64,000 nt of DNA from Antedon mediterranea (taxonomy: Eukaryota; Animalia; Echinodermata): the NCBI RefSeq assembly GCF_964355755.1, contig NC_092676.1, positions 7,975,888 through 8,039,887 on the forward strand. Reading direction: 5' to 3'. Below, piece after piece: positions 1 to 13,810 of this stretch (position 1 is the stretch's first letter; every line of letters starts with the position of its first letter). A program made the translations under genes and the position numbers. The notes below the pieces were generated by a model. The model saw only the letters and a list, made by a program, of their open reading frames with translations, was not told where the DNA came from and did no database searches.

Positions 1-593
1 ACAATATTTGCTCACTTTATATTCAGTAGTTGAGTCAGACATTGATGAATTTTGGTCGGTTTGGAAGCCTCTGACTGGTCACGTTCGTGTAACATTAACA
101 TTTGGTGATAATAAGTAGTAGTCTAAAGGTCTGAAAACTGTTGATCATAGAGATATGATATAAACGGGAAGCTTAACAACATTAGCAACGCTTCTTTGTT
201 CTATTCTAATGCTACCAAATGGAATTAGTACTAGTGACGTTATAGGTTGTTACTGCAGTAATTCAATTTACTGCAGGATCTAGACCGATTGTTTACTTGT
301 TGTATTTAAAATTCACTAAAAAAAAGTGGTAGCTTAAAAGTACTTTTGATGCATACAGCTTAAAAAATGTACTAATTCATTTAAAATACTATACTCTTAA
401 AGATGTATTCCAAAAAAACTTTGAATAGGCCATTTCAGTTTCAATTAATCACTTCCGTTGGAAAAAACTTTACAAAAATAATGTTTGCACTAATAAAAAG
501 ACACAAAAAAACAGTTAAATTCAACCAAAAATCCTTTGAATTCCAGTCAATTTGACGTTAAATTACTTTTTTAGGTAAACCATTTTTTTCTTA

Positions 594-1530
594 CCGTATT
601 TTCCGGAGTATAGGTCGAGACTTTGTGGGAAAATTTTAATTGCAAAATCAGGGGGTCGACTTATACTCCGACCATGCGATTTTTGAAAAAAAATCAAGCC
701 GAAAAAATTCGTTCAAAAGCCGTCAGCTGTCAAGGCCTAGCAAGGTCAGTGGCCTATCATCAATCACTCACAGGAGTTTTCAATTTAATAATACCTACAT
801 TGTACAAAATAATACAACTCCAACAAGTACTGGTACAAGTACTATTAATATATAACAAAGATTAATTTTGATGTTTATATTACGCTTTTATTAAAATAAT
901 TAAGAATAAATAGTTTTCGTTTGTGTTTCATATGCTTCGTATTCACTCGCGAAAACATCGTAACACACACCACAAAACGAACTACACGATGTTGGAATGT
1001 CCATGCAGCATGTTTGTTATTGCGCGATATTTTCATCTATACACATGCGCAGTTTGTTTGTTTGTTCGTAATTACAATTACTGCGCATGTCTATTCATAA
1101 AATAAATTCTCCTCAGTCCGGCGCGTGTACATTTACAGATAACGCGATTTACAACTACTCGCCTGTACAATTAATAAGCCTCCTAACGAAAAACTCGTTT
1201 TAATTTATTCGAGTGACGCGAAAAAACATCGCTGATGGCAAGTACTGTAACGCTACATCGCTGTCATTTATTATAGGCTGGCGAAGACGGCGGCGAAGCC
1301 GTTGTGATTACGTCCGTCCGATATTGATTAGGCCTACACTTTAATAATTGTATAAACAAACAACCACATTTCATACATTTCTAGCCTTCTTTGAACTTTA
1401 AAGTAAGTTGTGTTATTAGCCGATTTTGGGGGTCGACTTATATTCAGGTCATACCAAAATCAACGATATTCTAGGTCAAAGTTGGGGGTCGACTTATACT
1501 TGGGGTCGACCTATACTCCGGAAAATACGG
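594..1530. mobile_element. Non-autonomous Tigger/pogo-like (Tc1/mariner) DNA transposon
   Basis: TIR CCGTATTTTCCGGAGTATAGGTCGA at 594 and its reverse complement ending at 1530. TA flanks both ends. Subterminal GGGGTCGACTTATA repeats are present. Confidence 0.9.
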
Positions 1531-2325
1531 TATCCAATTTTTGGTCAAAGTGAATATCTATGTGACATTAAAATGGCATAGTCAAGCAAACATTTTTATT
1601 TTTCAGGGGGACAATCTTTAAAACGTGGTATTAAAGTTGCATTAACAAATAACAAAATTTCCCTTAACAGTACCTACAATCAACTGATAAAATTCTCATA
1701 TTTTCTGTCAAAAGTATCACAATACACACTGAAAATAAATGTTATTTATAGATGTACATTATGTATGGCAAAGTCTCCTGAGGCTGAGACAGTCACTTAG
1801 TATTGCTGTTGATGAAATACTCTTTCAAACTCACAAAAACAAAACTATGAAATGAAATCTAGCAGCTGAAATCAGTGAATAATGTAGACAATAAATGACA
1901 TGAAAAGCAGTAGTCATTTTAACATTAATGTATTCATTTATGATGTTCTAATGTTTTCAGCAAATAAGACATTACTACAATATTAGAATATTTTATTACG
2001 GTTCCAGACATTGTTTAATCATCAAGCTACTGTAAATCAAATACAATGCTCACTTTCAATAAATTAATTTGTAAGAATTTAAAAATCCTGGTGCCTCCAC
2101 CAGGATATGTGTTTAAAATAAATATTTTTCTCATAATTAAAAAAAAAAGTCTGTTTAAATATGAATGCGTTCTCTGGTATTAAGTAGAACCCATATTGGA
2201 GATAAAGAAATCAGTTTAAAAACAATAAGCAAAATACCAAATTATTCAGAATCGGCTTTGAAAAAACAATGGGATACATTCAATAGGGGTGACCTCTGAA
2301 TAGGTGTCCAAAAGGAGGATTCAAA

Positions 2326-2438
2326 AGCTTTGTCTACAATATCAAAAGTGTGATGCGAGTGATATGACATCACCATGTCCATATATGGGCACATCACATT
2401 TTTTTGTCATATAAATTTGATAGTGTATAGATAGAGCT
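2326..2438. mobile_element. PIF/Harbinger-like MITE, family A (short copy)
   Basis: Degenerate TIR AGCTCTGTCTACACTATCAAA ... TTTGATAGTGTAGACAGAGCT. The interior is shared with copies at 15826, 36120, 40560, 50013 and 54230. Confidence 0.75.
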
Positions 2439-3164
2439 TTATTGTTATTATAACAATTGTATCTGGTAAACTAATTAATAACTTCAATATCTCAAGTATA
2501 ATTTTTAGAGCATTAATAATATAAATAATATCGATTGTATTCATGTCATAGAATTTAGAGCATATTAAATAAAGTATAAGCATGTACAGTAGTTGTAATA
2601 GCTATTGGTAGGCTAGGTTACCAACTATCAAAGTCTTCCGATAAACTTTCACCTACTGACTGTACACTCAACCCAGTACTGTCCCAAGGCTTTTAGTACG
2701 GCTGCCAGTATCCATAGCTGTAGAATACACAAGTAAACATCCAGGTATCGTATAGTTAAATTATATGGCTACTGGCCTGGTCACATGGGAAATCATGATG
2801 AGATGCGTTTGACTATTGATTGACTCCTTGCATACATTGGCTAGTCTAGCGACAGGCTACTTGAGTAATTAATTATACTCAGCCAAAACTTGTCTTGCTA
2901 GACAACCATATTATAATCAGGTATATTGCAAAATGTGCAACCCTGTTTTCTATCTAAGAAATTTTAGAAACATGAAAGTAAAATGTAAAGCAACAAATAT
3001 CTTTTCGCACCTTACGTTCGCATAGGCAATGCTGCTAACTGAGTATATTAAATAGCACTGAACTATTGCTAAGGTGATCTACCTAAAAAAATGAAGTGTC
3101 TGACCCTGTGAGGATGAAAAACCATAGAGTAGAACCGACATACATCTTCCGTACTAATACTCAC

Positions 3165-3178
3165 ACAGCATCCTATAC
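3165..3178 (-). CDS. Candidate 14-nt microexon of the left minus-strand gene
   Basis: Minus strand reads tgtgttgtttgtacag|GTATAGGATGCTGT|gtgagt. Entry in phase 1 gives G-I-G-C-C, compatible with the phase-1 end of exon 14396-14809. Splice signals are the only evidence. Confidence 0.3.
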
Positions 3179-3704
3179 CTGTACAAACAACACATCAATG
3201 TCAGGAAAGATTTATGTAAACTCTATCATAGTATAGAATACATCATTTTGAAGATGCGTAATCTGCGAGAGTCAAGAAAATATTTTTAATCTTTTATTTT
3301 AATATCGTATTATAACAAATTTAACTTTGTACAGTATATTGATTTCATATTCTGAGTGACCACTGCAAACATATTGCATGAATAAAATCAAGTAGAAATC
3401 TATAATTTGCATAGCAGCAGACTCCACTGTTGATACGACTCCATTAAAACAATGAATTCAGAAAGTAGTGGTGAAATAATTCCTCACTGCGGCGGCCATG
3501 TGTCCTTTAATTCTTGCCCGGAGGCCAACTGCAAGATTTCCAATCCTCATCAATGCCAGCCATAATCATCACCAAGCAATCACAATTATCACACAAAACA
3601 AATTACCCGCTGAGAGGGAATAATTTTGTAGATAGAAATGTACTGTTTAACCATGGAGTAAATCTTTACTCCATGGTTTAACACTGATGCAAACTGTATT
3701 TTAA

Positions 3705-4330
3705 AGCCCCATTCCCTACGTTTTTTAGATCTATTTTAAGATCACAAACTATATTTAATGTAAAAATAATACTATATGGTCCTATTGCGATAACTTTTTT
3801 CGTCTTTAAACGGTTAAAAATGTGAAAAATAAATCGATTCTAATAATTATAGAGGCCCGCTATAAATCCCAAAATGCATTGCGCGCGGATTGATATTTTT
3901 GTTTTTCACCTGTAATTCGCCCACTTTTCGATCGATCGTGAAGTCAAAACAAATGGAAGACTCCTAACTTTTCAGCGAAAATACCGGGTTTTCCCCAATT
4001 TGTATCAACGGAGTCTGGCAAAAATAGAAAGACAATTAATGCAGCAACTATACAACGTCAGGCTAGGTATATAGCTAGCGTACGATGTTCGTACGTTATC
4101 GATGTTTACCAGCTAGGCCTACAAAACTAAGCCTAGCTAGGCTAGGCCTAAGACCGTCCACGAGAGGTCGATCGCCGCGAGCTACTTAGGTAGTGCATTG
4201 TTTCTCACTTTTTATCATAATTTACCATAAAACGTACATTTAAGACAAGGAATGACATGGTTTAATGTTTTTAAAGTGATATATATGTATTATTTTCCAA
4301 AAAACGTCCAAAATTGCAGGGAAGGGGTCT
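3705..4330. mobile_element. Non-autonomous Kolobok-like DNA transposon
   Basis: TTAA lies on both flanks (3701-3704, 4331-4334). Imperfect TIRs AGCCCCATTCCCTAC / GCAGGGAAGGGGTCT, with further subterminal inverted similarity. Confidence 0.7.
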
Positions 4331-5455
4331 TTAAACATGTACAGACACATACTCAAATACCCACTGCTCCAACAGTGAGAATTTTACACATTGCAGACTA
4401 AAGAATGATTGCATGACAAACATAAATACTGTGCATGTTAATTAGGACTAAAACCAAATATAAGCCCATGGTCCTCAAAATGCTAGTTTGTACACCGATG
4501 TTTGATAAATTCTTTTGCTTCGTGGTAAAAAGTCCAGTTAAATACAAAATAAGCAGTGTTGTATGCCAATTATACACAGATCCAATTAGGTCAGGAGGGT
4601 TTTTAGGAGGGCTTTTACTTGAGGGAGGCGTATTTGAAATAAATACGGTATTGAATTAATCCAAGTATTAAAAATATCTCCTGCAGATTTAGTAGTGTAG
4701 TATGAACCTGGGATGGTTGCACATGGCTAGGCTATCCCAATCTGATTGTGCCCAGTTGTCCAGTAAAAAGTTTAGGCAGTCTGAGGGAGCCTCGTTAGGT
4801 CTACATCTATATGGGCTAAAAAACATAAAGCTATCTAGTTCAGTAGTACAAAATCATTGTTATGGAAAAGGAAAGTGTTATTCTTTATCAGCCATAACAA
4901 ACACTAATACAATCGTCCAGTATATGTAATTTAGTACTAATATACTGTACCTTAATTTATGTAAACAATTTGAGATTACTCCTATATTTCATGGACTCGT
5001 TTCGTTTTGGTAAGCTATAAAAACACTATCTACTACTGCCTACTGCAACTTAACATTAACAAATTCCAATCATACTGTATTGACTAATTCACGAGTCAAC
5101 GAGAGGTCTAGCGTTTTAATCGCAAATATCACCAATCAATAACAACGATGAAAATACGAACAGAAATCAATGAGGAATTTCAAAAATTCAAACAAATATT
5201 AAACTTACACAGAAAAGGCATAATGCATTAATAATTATATAATATAATATTTACATAATTATTAATTGCTAGAATTAGCACTAGTGAATACAGTATTTCA
5301 AATTACCTGTTAAAACCAATAATTTGAATTACAGTTGCAATTTAACGTAATAACAACCTTTTATATATTCAAATTTTCACTAAAATGTACACATTATTGA
5401 AGGATGGGACAAACAACACGTGGTAAAACCTCTCTAAATCTGTCCAGTCCCAATT

Positions 5456-5614
5456 GCACAGTGGTTACTCAAAAGATGTACTAGGTTCAAGTGCACATGA
5501 GCTAGATGTGTACACTGGACCTATGGTTTATAGTCCTTATCCGAGAATAACTTGTTCTACCACCAGAACCATGGAGCGAGTGGGACTCTTGCCGATGTTA
5601 ACCACTCGGCCACT
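5456..5614 (-). mobile_element. tRNA-derived Deu-domain SINE, truncated copy
   Basis: Reverse complement of the SINE at 22025-22350: A box TGGCCGAGTGG, and core CGGATAAGGACTATAAACCATAGGTCCAGTGTACACATCTAGCTC. Confidence 0.85.
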
Positions 5615-8414
5615 TACTTGCCTTAAAACATACCGTTTTACCAACTATTTTATCAATTTCATTGACAATTCTTTATTACAAATGCTCTAATAATGGTGGC
5701 AATGTCTGTGATGAATTACAATTTGTTAATTGGTTTTTCTTGCCATTTCGTAAATTATAATATTTATTGAATTTTAAATTATGCTGTTTTTAGGACAATT
5801 TTGATTGTATTATTGAAAACCATGGCAAGGAATAAATTAATTCTAAATCATCAAGAATATTGATAATGAATTTTCCAAGTAAAGCATCTACGGTATTGCC
5901 TGATAGTAAAAAATTGGAATTTTTATTTTTATTATGTATTAAAATGCACATGCCAATGCTACTTTGTCTGCCAAAGTGTTCACAAATTCTTCCATTTGGA
6001 ATCCTATCTTTATTATAGCAAGCAGCTACTCAAATGTTTATAGACTATAAGTCCAGTATAAAGTAAATGATAGAAATAAAGTTGTTGGTTTGTGTTCTTG
6101 TGAAAGCAGACATCTGTTTGCTGCCAATTAGCAATATAAATACTTTATTTTGAGTTTTTATTACAACATATATGTTTGTAGAAATTAAATCCTAAGCATT
6201 GATTATTTGTGTTAATTACAAATCTGTTTGTACTGTACATTCAAAAGTATGCCGGTATTTAGTGGTGCAACGGCTATGAGCACTCCCTGGCTAAACCCAG
6301 GAGCTCCCAGAGATTAAAGAACCCGAGAGCATGAGCCGCACAACCACCCAGCGTTGGAGGACCCTTAGGTGTGCTAAACCAGGTGCTTTTGCTCCCTGAG
6401 TTACACCACTTTCATTATGGTATTGTTTGTAAAAAACGTGTTGAAATGCCAGTTTGTCGGCATTGCGTTGCATAACTACAGTTCAGACACTAATTTTACA
6501 ATAGGTGTAGCAGGAGGTAATAAAAATGTAAATCAATAACGATATTGAAAATAAAACCGAATGAATAATAAAATCCTTTTGTTTACCTGTATGCACAGTA
6601 ACAACAACAATGAATTGATTACAATTTAACTATCTTTCCATTGTAAAATATTTGTAGTGCTACGTATGCATGGGAATTTGTATCGTGAGTGACTTGGACA
6701 TAAGGCCTATAAATAAGGGCAGGACAATGATTGTGAACTATAAAACAAGATACAGTAGCTAAACTCTTCTTTGGGAGACCGTAATTAAAGGTACACTTTC
6801 CCATGAAAAGGTCGTTTTAACAATTTACAGTCAGCCTAGAGATTCAGATGACACCCCAGGCTATTTAAAGAAGGGGGTGGGAGGTACCCTGTTGAGTCAC
6901 AAGGTGTCGCCTTTATAGTGGTTCTACTATAATAAAAATCTATGAATCGGTCAGAATGTTGTATACAGTGTATTAATTAATATTCCAATGGTAAATTTAG
7001 AATCATTATCGCAGTTATTAAATAGTTGTTCACCTGCAGGTGTCGTGTGTAGTAAATGCTTTTGAGTTTGTAATGAAATGTTTATTTGTTATTGAAGTAT
7101 TGCGCTCCATCATGTCTGCAATATATTGAATAGTTGTATTGCAGCAGCTGCTTTATAGTCAGTTACTGTAGTATAGAATCATCACTTGCAATACATAAAT
7201 CTGTCAGAACTCATAAGACAACAGGATTATAAAACTGGGGCGTAGGCTCGTAACTACCGATCTGACTTCACAAAATGGTTGGGCCTCAAGCAGGCCAAGT
7301 CTAAGAGTGCTTGTCTGGCAGTGAACAAAAGCAGGCCAGAAAGAGAGTCTGGATTAAAGGCCAATTCAAGCCTTGTCTTTTATGGCGAGTGAGTGCGATC
7401 ACTCACCTAACACTCCTAAACTGCCCTTGAGGAGTGCGATTTACAACACGCTTAAATTTGGTAAACTTCTACACACCTAAGTACAAACAGCACCTACAGC
7501 ACCTAATAAAATTCGCTATAGGATTCAGGGAAGGAGAGTACCACTGCGGTTCCAACACTTTTTTCAGTCACAAACAAAATCTGAAGTTTTCAATTTAAAA
7601 TAAATTATAAAGTAGATACATTTAAATGACTTGAATTGAAATATTCCTGAATCGTACTATATTGAACACATACAGTAGATATTGGCTATTGTATTTTAAT
7701 AGTACAGTATGAAATAATAAGCAAGAACACAAGATCTTACCCAATGGACATGAATGTTTAACCGTTGTAGTCTTTAAACCTTTACTTGGCATTGTCGCAT
7801 TACGATCCAATTCCTACTACTGCTACCTATCTAGCTTCACATTATACCAGACAATAGACTGATTTTCCTCCTCGTGATCACAGGGCTAACATTGATTGAT
7901 CTATCTGTCGTATTCAAAGTCCCCTTTATATTATTTCACTACACTGCAGTTGGTAGACTTTCAATGCACTCATGAAATGTAAACAACGTCGGAGTGTAAA
8001 GCAAACTCAAGTTCATTTTTAGACGGTACAATTGTGAATCATATCAAATTAGCATTCAAAATAAAAAGATAATATTATTTATGTATGAATTGTGAATATT
8101 GTATGAAGGCAGCACTACACTTGTATTGTGTTGTACTTGTATAGTACCCAATATGGATATTGGAAAAGACCTAGGCTATGATTCAGATAAAAATGTGAAG
8201 TAGAAATTTATTTAATTTTCATAAGATTGGTTCCTTCAAAGCAATTTTACTTAGTACAAGTGATTGATCATTTGATCTGTCTGTTAGTGTTAGTAAATTT
8301 ACTTATGTTGCACATATTTGCATTGAATCTCACTGGTAACTAAGCTTTATATTAAATGAATTATTCTTGGTCCTCAAACTTAACTGGAAACTGAGGAAAT
8401 TCGGATTAGGCCCT

Positions 8415-8610
8415 ACACGGACCCACGGCAACCGCAGTGCAGCGCCTACCAGATCAGTACATCGGGAGACGACCCCCTACTCTTTCCGAATAGTGTACAA
8501 AGTTCTATATCTACACAGGACCAAAGACTTTACATCCCATCCGAAGCACGAGGCAATGAGAAAAAATCTTGCCTAAGGATGCAATCAGTATGGTACGGAT
8601 AGGCTCAAAC
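8415..8610 (-). mobile_element. Second Deu-domain SINE family, degenerate fragment
   Basis: Minus strand reads CCTTAGGCAAG...CTTCGGATGGGATGTAAAG...GGAAAGAGTAGGGGGTCGTCTCCCG, resembling the conserved Deu core. Confidence 0.55.
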
Positions 8611-8660
8611 CCATTCTAGTACGATATTATCATTACACCATCACTCACACTGGTACAATA

Positions 8661-8762
8661 TACAGCACTTGCTGCCATTGCTAGATGGTCTCCCACCCCG
8701 ACTCAGCCTAATGGTGCTTAACTTTCATGATCTGACGAGAACTAGTGTTTCAACACAGTATT
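8661..8762 (-). pseudogene. Degenerate 5S rRNA-derived sequence (pseudogene or SINE3 head)
   Basis: Minus strand reads GTTGAAACACTAGTTCTCGTCAGATCATGAAAGTTAAGCACC...GGGTGGGAGACCATC...GTGCTGTA. This is colinear with animal 5S rRNA (GTTCTCGTCCGATC..GAAGTTAAGC..GGATGGGAGACC..GTGCTGTA) but carries indels. Confidence 0.65.
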
Positions 8763-10554
8763 AGTTTAGTTGGAAACAGGCCCTCTAAGACAGCACAGTG
8801 CCATGATCAACTCACCAGGAAACTATTCCTTACTCTGGTTTTATAGGGTACACAATATCATGGCCTAACCTACTCTATTTGAAGTACACACACGTCTATT
8901 TACCTACAGTAACATTAACTCTATTGGATATTAGACACACTCAACACCAATCAAGATGCACCATTTTCTGTATCCCGTCCTCCCTAAAAAAAGTTACAAA
9001 CCACCATCTTTTCACTAACTTCAAAATAGAAAATCTTCAGGTGGCTACAGTACTACCACAATATCTTTCAATCAAAGCAAATACAGTATATGCATTTCTC
9101 AGACAATATCATTTTGTATTGTCTACTATCTGCTTACCTATCAAGAAGGAACTATCTATGAAATATGCTCATCTTGAAGGTGTAGTCATCAAATATGACA
9201 AACAATATTATTATAGTGTGTGTACATTGTTTGTTTGATAAGCAGTGACTTACCCTCTTGTTGAGAACATTTACTAATCCTTAAACCAGCTAATCCTAAA
9301 GATTAATAATAATCTCATTGTTTTACTGAAAGACACAATGCTATGAACTTCTCATCATCAAAACTATGATCCAAAATTTTTCTACAGCTTCATATTCCAA
9401 AAACAGATGATTGTTTAGATGACTCGACGTGATAACCCAACAACGAAAATGAGCAGCGAGTAATTATGCACTATACTGTAATCAATTCTTATCCACTTAT
9501 ACAGCTTCTTGCCTTAGCCTGGCTTACCAGACTTGTATGTATTGTTACCAATCTATCTGCTTCTCATGCTGCTCACACAGCTAGTAAGGAATCTCCAATC
9601 ACATTCCAACAACCTCAAGTCAGACACACTATTTAAAGCTTGACCTTTAGCGAGATAATCAACATAAATGTGGGGTCATAACCTTTAACCTTGTTGTATT
9701 GATAAATCTCTTAAAGCATAATCTGTCAAATTGCTACCCTGCTGGTAAAACAGTAATTGCCGACTTACAGTAGATGAGATCAAACCGGATACGATGCATT
9801 AATAAAAATACTGTTTTCCCCTTTTTAATGCATAATTATGTATATGTTATGTTTATTGACAATATAATACGCATCCAATACTCGTAATACCTAGCAATAT
9901 TATTCTTATTATTTCTCATGTAGTAGAAAATGAAATAAAGGTTGAATTAACATTTTTCGTGAATGTTGAAATAATTCTATTGTAAACATAGTAATCGCAG
10001 GTTAAGTTTAAAATTAAATTTCTCAAAGTTAAAAAAACAATCAATTAAGCCTACAATGAACGACGTTTAAAATATCGAAACCAATATCAATATTGTTATC
10101 ATCCGAGTTAGGTGTGGCAAATTGATTCTTTAATTAAATGTTGATACTAGTAAAAATTAATCAAATCGATGCCTATAACATTAAATATTAACATTAGATA
10201 ACAAAGAGAGAAAAACATAATGACCAAGTGCAATGTATTGACATAGTAAAGTGGCTACATGCTATTTCCTTTGTCTGAATTTAAAAATTAAAAATATAGC
10301 GTGCTTTCTCGGCCAGTTGTGCTCTTTCTTCAACATCGCGAACAAACAATTCTTATCAGAAGATAAACACATTCATGTTAAGTTTCCTCTTGCGAAGCGG
10401 TGACAACATTATACGCCAAAGACTGTATTGCAGTCACAGCTAGACTGTTTATTGACAATAAACAGTCTGGTTGCTCTAATGTCATTAGTTTGTGGATGGA
10501 GGACATGTTTTGTGGCCGAAGGAGCGTGCTGATTCTTACTAAGCTTTTGGTATT

Positions 10555-10655
10555 GAAATATAGATATGTGAAATATAGATATGTGAAATATAAATATGTG
10601 AAATATAGATATTTAATATGTAATATATTTAATATAGATATTTAATATAGATATG
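10555..10655. repeat. Short 15-bp tandem repeat (GAAATATAGATATGT) degrading into AT-rich variants
   Basis: About 4 clear units followed by shorter degenerate units. Confidence 0.75.
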
Positions 10656-11463
10656 TAATGTAATAAATAGATACAGTAAGTTTAAAATATTTAGAGAAAT
10701 ATTTCATAGAAGATTTAATTGTAAAGTTTGGGTGTGGCATTCAAATTTATAAAATGGAACAATAAAGGATGACCATGCCATTTTAACTCACCTAAATAAA
10801 AAATGGTAGATATGGTGATTTCATTATGGAAATCTACCGAGAGTGGGCAGCAGGTTAGGTTTGATGTTTTAATAATAATATGTTTTAATAATAATTTGAT
10901 TAAATCAGTAATTATGAATTTTAATTTCAGTCAACACAATAAATGAAATATGATGACAGCATCAACAAAAACATATTAACAATTCACACCTATTGCATCC
11001 TCATCATGTGATTATAACAATTACTTTCAATTTTAGAAATATATTAGATAATGGCAATAGTGAGACACCCACTGTTATTATAATGTGTTTTATTCTATGT
11101 TCTATTATAGTGTCTCACTTGTGTGATGATTCATGAAAAGGGATCGTACAGTACAATGAGAAGAGTTAAAACCAGAAGATGATTATTGTTATTCTGTCCT
11201 ATAGAATAAGATGAGGCCATTTTACTGTACATTCTATCAAAGCAATTAATTTTGATTACAATATAGTACTAGTAGTACACTAGATCTAAATTTAACGATT
11301 TTACAATTTATTTAGTGTTAATATTATTCAATATCAAATATAATATAATATTTATTCTTCTGAACATGATTTTCATAATGAAGTATTAACTATTCAGTGG
11401 TCAAACAACTATTAAGGGGACACTTTACCATGAAATGAATGATGGGCAATATGTATAACACTA

Positions 11464-11534
11464 CAGTCAACCCCCATTCAGGGGACACATTGTTGGTTCC
11501 TGAATGTGGTGTCTCCTTAATGGGGGTTCTATTG
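11464..11534. mobile_element. Tc1/mariner-type MITE, family D
   Basis: TA-CAGTCAACCCCC ... GGGGTTCTATTG-TA with internal TTCAGGGGACAC. Related copies lie at 13715-13810 and 29514-29590. Confidence 0.65.
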
Positions 11535-11541
11535 TAATTTA

Positions 11542-11699
11542 AGCTTGGTTCCCACTAGGGCACAACGCAAGGACGCAAGCGCAACACAAGCAAGTTGACC
11601 AATCCCAAGTGAAAATTTGGATAATCCATTGGTTGTGATTGGTTAAATTCCTTTGTCGCTTTTACGTCGTTGCATTACGTCCTAGTGGGAACCCAGGCT
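11542..11699. mobile_element. PIF/Harbinger-like MITE, family B
   Basis: TIR AGCTTGGTTCCCACTAG ... CTAGTGGGAACCCAGGCT with a palindromic body. Related copies lie at 49913, 54130, 59712, 60037 and 60224. Confidence 0.8.
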
Positions 11700-13714
11700 T
11701 TGTAAAGTCACATCCTACATATCATTTTATATAATAGTAGCCACCATACAACATTTAAGTTCTATTTTACATTTGTTAGTATCAATAACCATCCTAAAGT
11801 GCCCAATTAACAAAATCTCTGAATAAAAACTAATTACAGACAACTATACTTTAATTAATCAACATAGCGAACAAGTAGTTGAGATCAGCTGACTCGAGAA
11901 AGACTGTAATTATCTTACAATTGCATCTAATTAACATACAGTACAAAATATCAGAAGAAATTACATATTCTTGATATAATGTATGCTGCCCTCTATAGTT
12001 TATCTATTTATAAATAATAAGGGATAATGTTAAATTTATATCAGTGTATTTATTGACACACAGGCACAGAACATTAGTTATAAACCACCCAGTAATATAA
12101 AATGTTTTTGATGGTTAAATATTATTTAATATTATGCATTCAGTATTTTCCTTACAATGTTATACATTAAATAATGCTAGTTAGTATTGCTGCTATGCCA
12201 GTAGGTTAATTTTCTCATAAAACGAATGAATAAATATTCAACGACCGTGTCTGCCAAGTACATCATACAATAAAATAATATGTTAATTACTGTTAAAGTA
12301 GTGTTATTGTACAATAATAACTTCAATCATTTAAAGATCGGCTCAATCACATGACTATGACCAGGTGACAGATCACATGACCCATGACTTAGGTTCTTTA
12401 CAGGAACAAATAAACGTTGCTTAATATAATTTGCTGTCTTTATTAAACAGAGAAATTACAGCATTCACGTAGTGTCTTAAGTAATCATTTTGTTATTTTT
12501 AAATTCCTAAAGCCATTTCCATTCGTAGAAAATGTCTATCAATTTAAAGGCCAATCAGTGCTTTAAATTGAATTTAAAAGTTAGCGCAATCCAAAGGCAA
12601 GGCAATGTACTGTACAATGCGGAAAAAAAAAAAGAATTTTATTTTATTCAATTTAGCCATTTTGACAAGAGAAAAAATGGCAACCTATCCAACCAATATA
12701 TTGGCAGACAACAGATCAGACAATATTTCATAAGCCTGTTCAATACAATATGATTTTGTGAGGTCTGTTTCGGGCTACCACAAATGCCATTACTACGAGC
12801 AAGTAGCCAGCCCGATAGCAAGAAAACTGTGTCCAGATTAAATTCCAAAACAAGCATGAAACGAAAATTCACAGTATTCATCAAATAATTATGCTGGTGT
12901 GTTTATCGACATTTTGTAGTATTCCTTTGAACAGCTGGAATTCACAAAAAGAATTAATAATGAGATTGTGATACAGGTTGCATCAATAATGATATTGTAC
13001 CACCAGCAATATTTAAAATGACAAGGCCAATCAATAAATGAAAAAAAAAATACATAAAATGATGTGGACAAGCCTGTAACCAGGATTTTTACAGGTGGTT
13101 CTTTTTTGCATGAATTGGGGCAAGTACAAGCGTAAGCAACTGAAGAAAACAGATTTAGGCCTAGCTTAGTAAATGAAAATAATTTGCTATTTAAGTTAGG
13201 CCTATTTACTTGCACTTTTTCTGTTGATATGGGCACTTCAGAAAAAGGGGGTTCGAAACCCTCTAGCTACGGGCTTGCTGTGTCTCCACAAAATAAAACC
13301 AAAGTAAAGTAATAATATTTGTCTAGTAGTACAGCATCCGTTATTCAGGCATGCAGTTTCTCATAGTATGTGATGCCTTAAGGTTAGGTGATGGTCTACA
13401 GTATGATACTAGGCGATATGTGAAACACATGTGATAATGTATTATGGAATTTTCCTATGACAGCACTGAAATCTAGATAATTACAGAGAATTGGGTGAAA
13501 TATAAACACAACATAACCGTAGTTACAATGCTAATAATTGAGGTGGGAAAGGGAAGGGTAAGTCAACCTCTGGACGGACCGACAGGCGACATGTGACACA
13601 TGTGTTGATGTACTGTACTGTATTATGGAATTTTCCTATGATACTGCACGAAACATATAAACGAGAATCTGGTGAAGTCAACAGGCAGGCAATCTAAAAT
13701 AGTGTAATGTATTA

Positions 13715-13810
13715 CAGTGGAAACCCTGGGACATCCCTATTAAGGGGATATCCCTATTCAGGGGGACATTTTTGGGGTCCTTAAATGTACCCTTAATAGG
13801 GGTTCTACTG
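13715..13810. mobile_element. Tc1/mariner-type MITE, family D
   Basis: CAGTGGAAACCC ... GGGGTTCTACTG with internal (CCCTATTAAGGGGACAT)-type repeats. Confidence 0.7.

Noticed and set aside
5301-6600. CAG|GTAA motifs on the minus strand (about 5305 and 6586) as recursive splice sites
   Set aside because: Such short motifs are expected by chance in tens of kb of AT-rich intron, and there is no supporting evidence.
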